Of a stretch of DNA of 64,000 bases, positions 13,990-28,000 are shown piece after piece. Under the pieces are notes generated by a model, which saw only the letters and a list, made by a program, of their open reading frames with translations, searched no databases and was not told the origin of the DNA. This stretch comes from Paraspadella gotoi. Its lineage: Eukaryota; Animalia; Chaetognatha. Position numbers and translations under genes: made by a program. The DNA is taken from NCBI GenBank assembly GCA_051294375.1, contig JBJCIZ010000239.1:57148-121147 (forward strand), read 5' to 3'. How positions within the stretch are numbered: position 1 is the first letter of the stretch; each line of letters starts with the position of its first letter.

Positions 13990-14610
13990 TAAGAGGCGGG
14001 CCAAAATTGAACACTTTATTAAACTTTTAATTCTCTCAAAAAAAATTCTTTTTCCTTCTATTACTAAATCGATTTTCAATGCAACTTTTGAATTAGTTCA
14101 TTGGGTTGTTGCATCGAAGCTTTTAAATATTTATAATAATATTAATAAAATGACAAAAATTTTTTTTTAAAAAATTAGTTTTAAGAACGGATTCCTATAG
14201 AGCTCGAAAAGTTGAAAATGAAGTTAGTACTATAATTTTAAAAAATTTTGACAAGAAATTGGTTAAAAACGAGAAAAAACGTTAAAAAAATCATCATGCA
14301 TCATCAGCTAAAATTTTGTAGTTTTTTAAATTTTTTATCAATAAAAACAAAAAAATTTAAAAATTTGATTAATAAGTATAACCTTTAATCTAACTTTTAA
14401 AGCTCTATCAGAATCCATTAAAAAAAAATGTTGAAAAATTCCAAAAAATTTTTAACTATATATAAGTAATAAAATAATCTTTAAATGCTTCGGTGCGCTT
14501 ATTAATAAGATAATTTTTTACAAATTATTTTATTTTCATATTCTCTAACAGTCACTTTATCATTATTTATTTAGAGAGACATTCTAGTTTTCCAACCTGT
14601 TCCGCGCCTA
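13990..14610. mobile_element. 621-bp hAT-like MITE with 8-bp TSD CTATCCAT
   Basis: TSD at 13982-13989 and 14611-14618; imperfect TIRs (TAAGGCGGGCC... and ...TTCCGCGCCTA); empty site with a single CTATCCAT at 633-640; partial copy from 7199; degraded copy ~22610-23610. Confidence 0.8.
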
Positions 14611-16239
14611 CTATCCATCCTTCATGACCATCATTGGCCATCTTATCGTATCCGCCATTCTAATACACGCTCTTCCACCTATACCTCTCCTCCTTTCCTA
14701 TCCTATTCAACTCTCCCCTACCTCCCCACTTTCCCCTAACAACCCTAACCTCCACCTTGTGGGCGTTCCCAACTCCGCCTTTAATCTGAGTTTTCGTCTT
14801 CCGCTATTCTCTTCGTTCCGACGACGACGGCCAACCAACCAAACAGACACGAACCACCGACAACCAACCGAACCGAACCGCCGACCGACCGACCGACCGA
14901 CCGACCGCGACGACCAGACCAACGACCGACACCGACCGACCGACCGACCGCACCGAGACCGACCGAGCCGGACTTGGCCTAATCCCTATCTCTTGGCCAT
15001 TCCCTAACCCTAATCCTTGGTCAATTCCCTAATCTAAATCTTGGCCTAAATCCTAACTGGCCAATTCCCTAACCTAATCCTTGCGCAGTTCCTACTCTAA
15101 TCCTTGCCTAATCCCATCCTTAGAAAGCCTAATCTAATCCTTGAACCCTAATCCCTAATGCCTAATCCTTGACCTAATCAGCCCTGATCCAACTCCTTAT
15201 CTTCCGGCATCATCCACTACTACTTGAGCCAACTTCGCCTCACCTAAATCCCTTGGCTAATTCCCAATCTAACCTCGGCNNNNNNNNNNNNNNNNNNNNN
15301 NNNNCTAATCCCTAACCCTAATCCTTGGCCTAATCCCTAACCCTTGGCCTAATCCCTAACCCTAATCCTTGCCCTAATCTCTAACCCTAATCCATGGCCT
15401 AATCCCTAACCCTAATCCATGGCCTAATCCCTAACCCTAACCTCTTTAATTTAAAGAATTTAGAGAGAAAAAAATTTCGCCCGCGAATCTTTGCGACTTT
15501 TTTTTTCACAGAGAATCACAAATTGTGACAGCGGAATATCTCGGATTCAAAAAAAAAAATCATTTAAAGATTAAAAGACGTTTGCAAATAGAAATTTTTT
15601 TTTTAATATCAGCGCATGACGTAAATTAATATTAACACCATTGTTTACGGTTCACATTTTCGTCAAGTTTTTTTTTCTCAATCGCTCCGATTCATCGCCA
15701 TATATTTCTGTCACCTCACAATGCCACATTGTCATAATGTCATTATGTCTCTTCGTATGATTACAAGAGCAGACGAATTCAACTTTCAAAAGTTTTGTCC
15801 CCCACTCTCTTTAATTAAGAAATTGTGTATTCAGCTTCAAGAATACGTCCACTTATAAATCCGTTTATTTTATCCGTCCATCCATCCGTCCATCCATCCA
15901 TCCATCCTTCCATCCATCCATCCATCCATCCACTCCTCAATTTAATCACCACCTTTTTTCACTTTTATCACTGCCACTTCTCACTTTTATCACCGCCACT
16001 CCTAACTTTATATCATCGCATTTTCTCACTGACACACCTCACATTAATCACCGACTTTTCTCACTTCCAATTCTCACTTCTATCACCATCACTTCTCCCA
16101 TCTCTATCACTTCCGATTCAAACTTTTATCACTATCATTTCTCCCATCTCTATCACCGCCAATCACTTTTATCACTATCACTTCCCCCAATCTCTCTCAC
16201 CTCCTCTCCTCACATCTCTCACTGTACCTTCCCCCATCT

Positions 16240-16380
16240 CTCTCACTTCCTCTCTCCTTCGCTTCTATCACTATCACTTCCTCTCTCCTTCGCTTCTATC
16301 ACTATCACTTCCTCACTCCTTCGCTTTTATCACTATCACTTCCTCTCTCCTTCGCTTCTATCACTATCACTTCCCCCCTA
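16240..16380. repeat. ~31-bp tandem repeat in the MFS 3'UTR (CTATCACTATCACTTCCTCTCTCCTTCGCTT)
   Basis: About four units immediately beyond the stop codon; also at 2400-2540 and 39590-39735. Confidence 0.8.
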
Positions 16381-16843
16381 TCACCGCCATTCTCCTTCGT
16401 CGTCCCACAACGACGGACGTCGATTCTTCTCATTCCTTCTGGCGCAAACGACGTCGACGACGCCGCCGCAGCAGCCGCCGCGGCAGCCGTCGACCCACCC
16501 GTCCACCGCGTCCAGCGCCTTGTCGGCCCAGCGCCGCGGTCCGGCGCCGCCGCTGGAATTCGGGCGTCGAAATTCGGCGCCGGCGCGATCGGCGACGATG
16601 AAGACGACGACGACGACGAAGACGACGACGCTGAGGAGCGTACATGCAGGGGAAATACGCGGAGGCGACGTTCGGAGGCTGATGGGGGGGGAGGGTGGAG
16701 ATGGAGAGACTTAGTGAATGGAGATGGATTGGAGAGAGAGAGAGAGAGAGAAGAGAGAGAGAAGAGAGAGAAGAGAGAGGAGAGAGAGAGAGAGAGAAAT
16801 GAACGAATGGAATTGACATCAATCTAGTGAATGAAGAAAGAAT

Positions 16844-16895
<52 letters not shown>

Positions 16896-17054
16896 GAGAT
16901 GAGAATGCACATCAAATCTAGTGAATGAAGAGATAGATTTGGAGAGAGAGAGAGAGAAAGAGAGAAGGAGAGAGAGAAGAGAGAAAGAGAGAGAGAGAGA
17001 GAGAATGATCGAATGGAAACAAGATCAAAATCTAGTGAATGGGATAAGAATGGA

Positions 17055-17086
<32 letters not shown>

Positions 17087-17158
17087 AGAGACGAAGAATA
17101 GAATCGAATGGAAGAGAACAATAAATCTAGTGAATGAAAGATAGATATTGGAGAGAGA

Positions 17159-17192
<34 letters not shown>

Positions 17193-17243
17193 ATGAAAAC
17201 GAATGGAAAAAGACATCAAATCTAGTGAATGGAGATAGAATTG

Positions 17244-17286
<43 letters not shown>

Positions 17287-17684
17287 AGAGAGAGGAGAGA
17301 GAGAAAGTGACAAATGGAACGACGAATCAATCTAGTGAATGGAAGATAGAATTGGAGAGAAGAGAGGAGAGAGAGAGAGGAGAGAGAGAGAGAGAAGGGA
17401 GATAATGAACGAATGGAACGACATCAAATCTAGTGAATGAGATAGAATAATGAGGAGAAGAGAGAGAGAGAGAGAGAGAGAAGGAGAGAGATGAGAGAGA
17501 GAATGAACGAAATGGAATGACATCAAATTTATGTGAAAATGAAGGATAAGAATTGGAAGAGAGAGAAAGAGTAGAGAGAGAAGAGAGAGAGTGAGAGAGA
17601 GAGAGAGAGAGAGAGAAGAGAAGATAGAATCGAATGGAGAAACACTAACGACATCAAATCTAATGAATGGAGATAGAATTGGAT

Positions 17685-17722
<38 letters not shown>

Positions 17723-18738
17723 GAGATAGAGAGAGATATAATGAACGATGGAACGAAAGCATCAATCTATGTTTGAAATGAAGATAGATTGGAGAGAGAG
17801 AGAGAGAGAGGAGATAGAGAAGAAGAGAGAGAGAATGAACGAATGGAAAGACGACTCAAATCTAGTGAATGGAGATAGAAATATCGGAGAGAAGAGAGAG
17901 AGGGAGGGAGAGACGACGAGAGAGAGAGAGAAGAGAGGGGAGAGTAAGAGAATGAACAAATGGAAGAACAATCAAAATCTAGTGAAATGGAGATAGAATT
18001 TGGAGCAGAAAAGAGAGAGGACGAGAAGAGGAGAAGGAGGAGACGAGAAGAAGAGAGAGAATGAAATCAAATGGTAGAGCTATCAATCTAGTGAAATGGA
18101 GATAGAATTCTGGAGAGGAAAGAGAGAGAGAGAAGCGAGAGACGAGAGAGAGAGAGAGAGAGAGAGGAGCAGAGAGAGAGAGAGAGGAGAAGGAGAGAGA
18201 GAGAGAATGGAACGACATCAAATCTCTCCGCAAAATCATTAACGGTTCCACTCGACGAAGGTTGAATTTTTAAAAAAAGATGAAAAAGAATTAATGAGAG
18301 ACGAAACATAAAAGAAAATCAGAAAAAAAACAAAAAAAACAGAGACGCACAAAACACGAAACGGCGTCGAGAGATAAAAAAAACTGAATTTTCGTCGACG
18401 TCGACAAAAAAAAAATGGCGTCGATAAGATTTTTGTTAAATTTGAAAATTTTTTTTTAAAAAATCGAGTGACTTTTGTTTTAATTTGTCTTTTTCGAATC
18501 TCGACGATTAGTCGGTGAATAAACTCACACTTTGTGTGAAACGTGATAATTAATGGATGTGGAAGAGTTGAGAATAAGGAGAGACTCTCTCTGCGCGTGA
18601 CATTGTCTCTCGGGTTATTCACAGACATTGATTAAAAAAAAAATATTAGATGAAAAAGTCAACAATGACCAATTGAGAGAAAAAGTGGCAAAAATGTTTG
18701 TTAGGATAGGAAGACTGAATAAAAGAGAGAGAGAGACC

Positions 18739-18776
<38 letters not shown>

Positions 18777-20563
18777 GACCGAGAGGAGTCATTATACTCA
18801 GCTCTCTCCCCCGAAACGTTGCTAGCTCCGTAGACACGGAGCGGCCCGGCCGGGCTTCCGATCGACTACACTTCTCCTTCGGGGCTTCTTGAACCGCTCG
18901 GATCGGGGAGATTTTCTCTCTCTCGAATGGTGAGTGTACGGCCGCTTCCTTAAAGCCGGTCGAAGTCCGACGCGGATCGGGGCGGATATATATACTCTCT
19001 CTCTTTCTCTCTTCCTCTCACTCTCTTCTCTCTCTCTTTCTCTTACTCTCTTGCTTCTTTTGCCCGTCCTCTCTCTTTCTATCTTAGTTTTTTCTTTTAA
19101 TGTATTATTGTCATCCGTCTCTCGTTTAAAAATTTCTCACATTTATTATAAATTAAACGTGAATTTTTTTTAAATAACTATTTTGTGATAAGATTTTAAG
19201 TTATTCATTTTTTGGACTCTCAATGGTAACAAAGAAACCAAACTAACTTAATAACGACATTCTCTTTTAGGGATAGCAGTATTCAGTATTTCACGAATTA
19301 TAATAATAATAATAATAATAATAAATTTGGTTGTAAAAATAAGGCTTCTTTGAAATAATCACCAAAATGAACCACAAGAAAACACATAAATGGATTAAAT
19401 TAATTAAGTAGTAAGTAGTAGTACTAGGTAGTAGTAGCTTAGGGTTCTAGACAAATTTTTGCACGGGCTTTGTTTTCAACTTTGCTACAACTCCTGGTAA
19501 TAAGCTTAAGGGCGACCATCTCAAACAGTATGGCACTAAGGAAGCTTTCTGAGACAAAAGACAACCTTAAAAAACTGTGCAAGACTTTTTTGGAAAAATT
19601 TTATATTTAGTCAAGTCAAATTAAATTAAATTAATGGGAGGAATTTTAAATCTGCTTTCAAAATAAGAAAAAAATATTTTAAAAATTTTTGACATTTACT
19701 ATTTATAAATATGGCCTCTGGAAATATTAAAATTAAAAACATATTTAAAATATTCACAGAGCTGCAGCTCGAATTTGATTCTACTTGATTAAAAATTTTT
19801 CTACTCTACTCTATTCTACTCTACTGCTACGTCCTCATGAATGCGTAACAAAAATGCAAATAATATATATCATCTTCATTGCGATCATTTTTATTCTTAT
19901 CATATTTTTCAACAACTGTTCAGCATATTTAATCATTATTGTAGATATCTTTTTATTAATATTATTATTTAACCTCAAAAATCTTAATATTAAAAATTGT
20001 TGTCTAAATTTTATAAATATTTTTTTCCTTCTTTTTTATTTCTTTCTTCTCTCGTTTTTCTTGCTTTCTTTTTTTTCTTTCTTTTTTTCGACAACGTGGA
20101 AATACCTACCATAATGTAATATTTTCAAAAAAGGCCTTATCTCTTTAAAAGAAGACCTCCCGGATCCGGGCGCGAAACGCCAATGATCGAGTCCGCTCGG
20201 AGGCAGAGAGAAGAGCCTCGCGGTTGACTGAGGGTAAGAGAGAGAGAAAAGAAGTAAGTTCGCCCGCTGCGCTCCGATCAGATCCGACTCTGCCGTCGCG
20301 CGGATCCGGGAGATTAAGGAGAAGGAAGAGGGAAGAGGAGTAAGAAGAGCCGAGCGAAGTAGTCGAAGGCAGGGTAGAAGGCGATCGGCCGCTCGCGCGG
20401 CTGCTCATGGAGGCTGCGCTGATACGAAGGGATTCTGAGTAGCCATGAGAGAGAGTGGGAGAGAGAGAGAGGAGAGAAAGAGAGAGAGAGAGAGTAAACA
20501 TTGACGTCACCCAACGCAATCAGTTTGATCAGAAACAATGGAGCTTATTAACAGACTACTCCG

Positions 20564-20606
<43 letters not shown>

Positions 20607-20771
20607 GCGTCTCTCTCACTCTCTCCTTCTCTCCTTCTCGTTCTCTCCTTCCTTTCATCTCACTCCTCTCGCTCTTCTCTCGTGATCGTCCATCTCTTCA
20701 TGAAAAAGGCTAAAAAACGTGAACGACGTCCATCCGACTGAATTAAAATATTACAATATTCAAATCGATTT

Positions 20772-20833
<62 letters not shown>

Positions 20834-21577
20834 CTCTCACTCTCTCTTCCTCATCTCTCTCTCTCTATTCACCTCATTAAAAGGCGTCATTTGAAATTTA
20901 GCGGCGAAGGATCGACGCAGAAACGGAACCATCTAGCTCCATGTTTCCACCTGCGACGGAGAAAAGGGAGAGCGTTGGGTGGGGGTGTGTGTGAAGAATT
21001 TGCCGTGAATTTAAAAAAAAAAAATAGATAGATTTCTAGGGATTAAAAAACGTCTCCATAATTTAGTGAATTAACGATTAAACGAAAGGAGAAACATAAA
21101 ATGTCGGATGTCCGACCGATTAATCGAGCAATCAAGCAATCACTCGATAAAAAAAAAATCAATAAATCAATTAACCATAAACATTAATCAATAAAATCAG
21201 CAATCAATAAATAAATAATTCGATCGATAATCAATCAAACAATCGAACAAATCAAACATTCTATAAATCAATCCGTCAATCTATCGATAAATCGTAATTC
21301 GCCAACAACACATTTGGGTCTCGAACAATCAGAGAGCTCGATTCCATTTTTGTAATTTCTTCCCTGAGCCCTCTGATCCGGTTCCATCTCTGTATCCTCC
21401 TGTAATGAAAAACAATACAAAAAACAAACAACAACACACAACAAAACACAACAACAACAACCACAGCGCGAACCCAAAGTTGTCGATGACGAGAGTAGAA
21501 ACGACTGCGGTCGCTCGAACCTTCGAAGGAAAGATTTCAACGACGATGGCCAAACAGAATTCCGATCCACATTTCAC
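16381..21577 (-). other. Redundant copy of MFS exons 9-11, with ~1.7 kb unrelated or noisy insert at ~18790-20450
   Basis: Colinear with the other copies; indel-rich. Confidence 0.85.
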
Positions 21578-22073
21578 CTAAACAAATAAAACAGTTTTGT
21601 TTTGTTTGTTTTGTTTTGTTTGTTTTTTTTATTAGCTAAAGTTTAAATTTTATCTTTTTTTTTTATTACATTACTTTATTTTCACGGAAATAAATTTTTC
21701 AGCCAACTTTGTCGAAAAATTGTGACTTTCGATTTCACTACACTACCTAGTTGGAAAAGATTGACTTTAAGTCTCACGTTAACAAAAGTAGAGCTGCTCG
21801 GTTCTATCCCTGGTCAGAACATCCTCGCAAAAGAGGACGGGCCGGTAAGAAGACGTCAGATGGACGGCTTCATCCGCTGCAGCGGTTAGTTCGCTCTCGT
21901 GATAAGGAAGCGGCTACTATAACGTATTCTGTGCCCCCCTCAGCAGCCATGGACGTGTCCTGGGCTTGGAACCAGTTTTGAAGGTTTTCGCACGCCCCCA
22001 AGGCGGTTTACGACCGTCCTCACGCTTCCGCGCAAGGTAGGTACGGGTNNNNNNNNNNNNNNNNNNNNNNNNN

Positions 22074-25000
22074 ACGGAATGGACCAATTTTTTTATATTG
22101 GTATACTCTCCCAACAATTTCTTTGGGTATTCAATTAGTGTCTCGTCCATTTATGCCTATCTTTCGTCACATAATGGTTAACCCCCCTAATTATACTATC
22201 TTGCCCCGCGTTCGACGTTGCGATAAGAGACGATCGGAAAATAAATGCTGGGGGGGGGGTTACTACGGACGATTAGCCGGCACAGCCTGAGATCGACGCC
22301 AAAAAAATCCGATCACTCTGAGATCGCTTTACTCCCTTCAATTTCGCCAAGTCTCTGAAATCGACTTTTCCTCTTCTCTTTCTCTCCAGCCGCCGTCGAG
22401 TCTCTTCTTAACCAACACGTTCGCGTTCACTACATCCTTTTCACTAACCACCCCGCCGCCCTACACGTTTCTGCCCCTCATTCAATTACCTCATTCACGC
22501 CTCGAAGCACCCAAACTTCTTTTCCTATCCTCTGCTTTCCTCTCGAATTTACCCCTCTGACTTTATCCCAAGCTATTTCAATGCATACTATTTCCCCTCT
22601 TCTCTCTCAAGGAAAGGCGGGCCCAAAAACGTTGAAACTCGCACTCTTTATAACCTTTTTTTTTTCTAATGTCCTCTCAAAAATCTCTCTTCCTCTTTTC
22701 CTGTCTATTTCACCCCGTAAATCCACCATTTTGTCCCGCCACCCTCATCGCCCGACACCCTTTCCTCTTGGAATTGGTAGGTTCAATTGGTTTGTGAGCT
22801 CTGACTGCAAGTTTTAAATATTTAATTATATAATATAATAACATTGACAAAAATTTTTTTCGTTAAAAAATTTAGTTTTTTATTACAAGAAGCGGCGCAT
22901 GCGCGAGCCTCTCGTCACCATCCTAATTAAGGAGCCCTTTCGGCGCGGCGCGACGCCGAAATGGTTAAAGGTATTACACTTGCGATGGCAAATCGTTTGG
23001 TAAGAAGGGCGTTGCCGTCGAGTTACTAGTCATAATTTTTTTTTAACGCATTTCGTCTGTCACGACGAGAAGAAAGTTGACTCGTTTAAAAACACGGAGA
23101 AGAAAAAAAAAAACTAAAAAAAAAACCGTGAAAAAGTGTTAAAATCAGATCCATCCCGCTCCCCATTGGTACAACTTTGTTAGTTTTTTTAAATTTTTAT
23201 CCAATAAACAAAAAAAAATTTTAAATAACATGTGCGCCAACGAACGAGTGCTGATTAAATAAACTTTATCTTAACTTTTGTAAAGCATCCGATCCTAATT
23301 CCCAGAATCCATTAAAAAAAAAATTGAAAAACTTCCCCACAGTACGGACAAAAGTAAGATCTCTCCGTTCGTCGCTTACACTTACGTATATCAGTAATAT
23401 AGATCATCTTTAAATGCCTTCCCGTGCGGCCTTCCAGTTAATAACGTATATTCGTTTTTACAATTATTTTTAAATTCCAGACGTGTAATATTCCCTTCTA
23501 CACCCAAGTGGTCACAGTTTAATTCCATTATTAATTTGAAACGAGAAGCTATCTAATAGGTTTTTCAAACCCTGGTTTCGGTTTAGAGATGCGCGCCCTC
23601 CGAACCTGTAACTATCCCATCTCCTTCGTATGAATCCATCATTTGGCCATTCCTTATTTTTCGTTATTCCGCCATTCTAATTTAAAATCCCGCCTCCTAG
23701 TCCTCCTAACTCCTCCTTCCTCCTTTTCCCTATCCCCAGTGATTCGGGTATTAATCGTGAATAGCCTCTGCCCGCTCTTTAAACCTTCTGCCGTCCACGC
23801 TCCACCTATGTGGGCGCAGTCCCCAACTTTTGCGTCCATGCCGTTAGGGGCCTAAGACTCGCAACCACCGACGGCACTAACCGTATCCACCTTTGTGGGC
23901 AGTCGCTCGAGTATGCCCGCAAGTCTCCGCCCTTTTAGAATGCTGAGGTATTTCGATCGACGATTCCGAACGACCAGAGTATTTCTTACTTTTCGTGCCG
24001 TTTCCTGACGTAAACGACTCCCCCGAGACCAATCCAATCCAACAAATCCACTGTGTTCAATCTTACCGGTACCTTTCTCTCCCTTCTCTTCCTCACCGGA
24101 CCCGTATAAAATCTTATAAGTTAAGCCCGGACCTACATCCTGAAAGCCGACGACCCGACGTATGCATCCTCCCGACACTTCCCGATCCGATGCGCGATCC
24201 GAACCGACCTCTCCGATTCCGGATTTCCCCGACGAACCTTAACCGGGATATTCCTCGAAACCGAACCCGAATATCAGATTTCCTCCCTCGCGAGGACGGT
24301 TCTTAGCCGTAAACCTTGCTTGTACAATGAAAACACTCCGTGAAAGTACACCCGAACCTATAGGACAATGCCCCGCCTTGTTAGCGAATTCCTTAATCCT
24401 TAGTGGTCGCAGAGGAAGCAATCACAAAAAAAAAATTCCTACCCCTAATACCTTTGGTGGCCACCTCGCAAAATATCCCCTATGCAGACTCATACTATCT
24501 CTATCTTGGACACCTTAATTATCTCCTTTAACCTCCGTGTTGGGCGGCAATTTGTTTTCACATAATAGAACACTGCTCGTCTAATTCTCCTTGGCAAGTT
24601 ACCTTAACCCTAATTTCCATTGGCCTCCTATATCCCTAATTCCTCTAGGCCTTAGCATAAATGCCAAACACAAATAATACCTCCCTCTAACACATTAAAA
24701 ATCCTTGCGTTACTACTGTGGCGGATATATTACTACACCGCCCTCACACCTAACCCTATCTCACATCGTGATGGTCAGCCCAAAACTTCCAAATCTGCCC
24801 ATGAGCGGGACCCTAATTATTCTTCGGCTCTTCATCCTACACAACCCCTCTAAACCTCTCCCCCAGTGTCGTGTACTGCTCAAATTCTCCTCACCCCAGA
24901 CCTTTTTGCTAATTCCCCTAAGACTTCTAATATTCCTCGGCCCTCACTTAAACTCCCCTAAACCCTTGCAATCCTTGTAGGCCTAATCCCTTACCCTTTG

Positions 25001-28000
25001 GGCCTATAATCCCTAACCTTAATCCTGCCCTAAATCTTCGTTTAACCCCTTAATCCTTATGGCCCCTAAACCCTACGACCTAATTCATGGCCTAACTCCC
25101 TAACCCCTAACCCTTCCCTTTAATCTTATAAGAATTTATATTTTACGGAGAAAAAAATTTCCGCCACGATCCTTTCCCCCTGCGAATCCTTTTTGCCGGA
25201 TCCCTTGTTTTTGTGCTCCTCCCTTTCACAGAGAATCCACCACAACTCTCTCGCACAAACAGTCGAGACCCGGAATCAGTTTCCTTCCGGTAGGGATTAT
25301 AACAACACAAGACAAAGCTTCAAACTCTCAGTGAACTGGAGATAGGTTACAGATCAAACGTGCGTTTGGGTCGGGAAAAGCCACCCATTAAGCCAACAGT
25401 TAAGTGAGATGTGCCACCCATTCCCAAAAAAAGTAAGAAAATCTTTGTGTGTTCTATTCTGAGGCATACTTTTACGCACTGTTGCCAAAATAACTTAATA
25501 AATTAGAAATAAATTTATGTATTTTTTAATTTTACAAATAACTTAGAATCTCCCTTTCCAGGCTCTCCCTGTTGCCAGTCACCGGCGAGGGTGTCGAGAG
25601 TTTATTGCCCAGTAAATCTCTAATATTAATCCACCAGATTGTTTTACGGGTTCACTCCATTTCGTCAAGTTTTTTTTTTTTTCTTCAAATCGCTCCGATT
25701 TTTCATTCGCCCCCATATTCTGGGTACCTCCTCACAACTGCCACCCATTGTCGCCAGGCATTATAAACATGCTCGACTTAATCGGTCTCTTCCTCTATAT
25801 TGGAGTGTACCAAGAGCCGCAGACGAATTCAACTAACCTCTGCGCAATGGAAAGAAGACCAGGTTTCTGGGCCGACGTGTGTCCCACGGCCCACCTCTCC
25901 TTTACATTAAGAATATTTTTTTGCTAAATCCTCGTGCGGAGACTCGAAGTGTGTCTTCCCAGGCCGCCCGCCCGTTCAAGAAGGGAAAACAACCGGTAGT
26001 CCACTTAATAAATCCGTTTATTTTATCCGTTCCATCCCATCTCGTGTATCTCTCTGAGCAATCCATCGCCAGTCGCGCCGACATGCCTTCCATCTCCATC
26101 CATCGCCAATCCATCGCTACTCCTCAAGAGATTTAACTCGCAGCCTATGTACCTTTTTCACTTTTATCTAACTGCCCACTTTCTCACTTTAATCACTCGC
26201 CACTCCTAACCTCCTTTGTTATTATTCATCGAGCATTTTTCTCACTGACACCACCTCACATCTTAACACCGACCTTTCTCACTTCAAATTCTCATTTTCG
26301 TCTTCACTCCATACACTTCACCCATCTCTAATCAACTTCCGATGCCGATTCAAAACTTTTATCACTATCATTTCTCCCATCTCTCTCACCGCCAACTCAC
26401 CCTGATTTCGATATCACTATCACTTTTCCCCCTCATATCTCTCTCACCGTCTCTCCCCTACACAATCTCTCACTGTACCTCCCACGTCGTCATAGGCTAA
26501 GTCGCGCTCCTTCAAACTTTCGCTTCCTCTCCCTTTTCGCTGTCTTTAGGAACTTGTTTCGGCTAGCTTACGTTATCTACTCGCCAAACCTTCCTCTCTC
26601 TTTATCCGTCTTTAATATCTACTCCCTCTTCTTATCTCCTACCTCACCCTTCTCCTACTTTTCCAGCTCTCTCGGCACCTCGCCAAGCCGTCTTCTACCT
26701 CACGCAACCTCACCTTCCTCGGACGGAAAGCCTGGTGCCCCTCCCTCTCTCCTTCGTCTTCCTCCATTACCCAACCTACTCCCACATTCCCGCCCGACCC
26801 ACTGGATCACCCGCCGGTCTTAGTCTGCTCGCGCCGCTCTTGCGCTAGTTCGCCCACAAACCCGAACGGGAGCCTTGAGAAGGGCGGCCTCGATCCGCTG
26901 GACTGCGTCAATGCGCCAAGCGCGCTCCTTCGTACAACTCGCCCGGGCGGACTCGGGCGCCGTCCGCCGTCCAACTCCGTTCAACCGGCTTGGCCGGCGG
27001 GCCTCACGTGCCAACGGGACATGCGGCCCCCCCGACCGTCCGATTTTCTCATTCCTTTCTGGCGCAAACCGGTACGCCCCGCGACTACCGCCGCCGCCAG
27101 CATGCCGGCCGCGCAGCCCCTGGTCGACCCACCCGGAGCGGGTCCACCCGCTCCGTTGGTTCCCTAGCGCCTGTCCGTTTCGGCCCCAGCGCCGCGAGTG
27201 TGCGCGTGCGCCCGCCCGCTGGAATTCGGGCGTTTTCGAAATTCTGGCGCTCTCCGGGCGTCGAATCACGCGACGACGAATGAACGATCGAACAGACTTC
27301 GCGATCCAGAACCGATGAGACCGTCGACGTACCGCGAGGAAGCAGTCCAATCTGCCTGTGTCCGTCCTGCAGAACCTGCTGGGAAACCATGGTACGAGGG
27401 GGGGCCTGTTCCGTCGCAGGTGGGATGGGGCCGGGGATTGAAGTCGTCGAGTCATGTCCCTGACGGGTGGGAGCATGAGAGATCTTAGTTGACTTCGATC
27501 CTGTCGAGATGGATCGTGAATTAGAAAGAGGAGATGAGCGGAACGCACCTGATGTGACTCGCGGAGAGAGATGAGGAGGGACGGTCCTCATTGGCATAAG
27601 GCCCCAAGGTTGAGTCGATCTCGTCGAGTTTCAAACAAGCCTCGGCGAACTGAGAAATTCGGGAGGTGGTCGGTCCGTTGGCGGCCGCTGACTGCTGACC
27701 TATATCTATATGGATAGAGGAAGGCTGTTCACGCTGGTCACGGCTCTTCCGCCAATTGTCGGACTCACCGAGTCAGGTCGGGAGTGATAGGACGCCGAGA
27801 TGTGGGACGAGATTAATACGAGCGGCTGCCTTGGCGGAGAGGCTTCGTTGATTGGCAGCCAAGGAAGAGGGGTTACAGAGAAAGCGTGAGGAATTGGGGT
27901 GATGAGCGAGGGAATTGGAAAGCAGATTGGAACCAATACCAAAATCCGTTTATGGTGGATGTCCGTTATCCTTGATATTTTTAAAATGTAAATGATAAGA

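Noticed and set aside
16710-18225. CRISPR-like look of constant motifs separated by variable spacers
   Set aside because: The spacers are only (GA)n of varying length, there are no cas genes, and the array sits in a spliceosomal intron.
18790-20450. Possible transposon insertion unique to one copy
   Set aside because: No TIR, TSD, LTR or ORF found; more likely chimeric or noisy read sequence.
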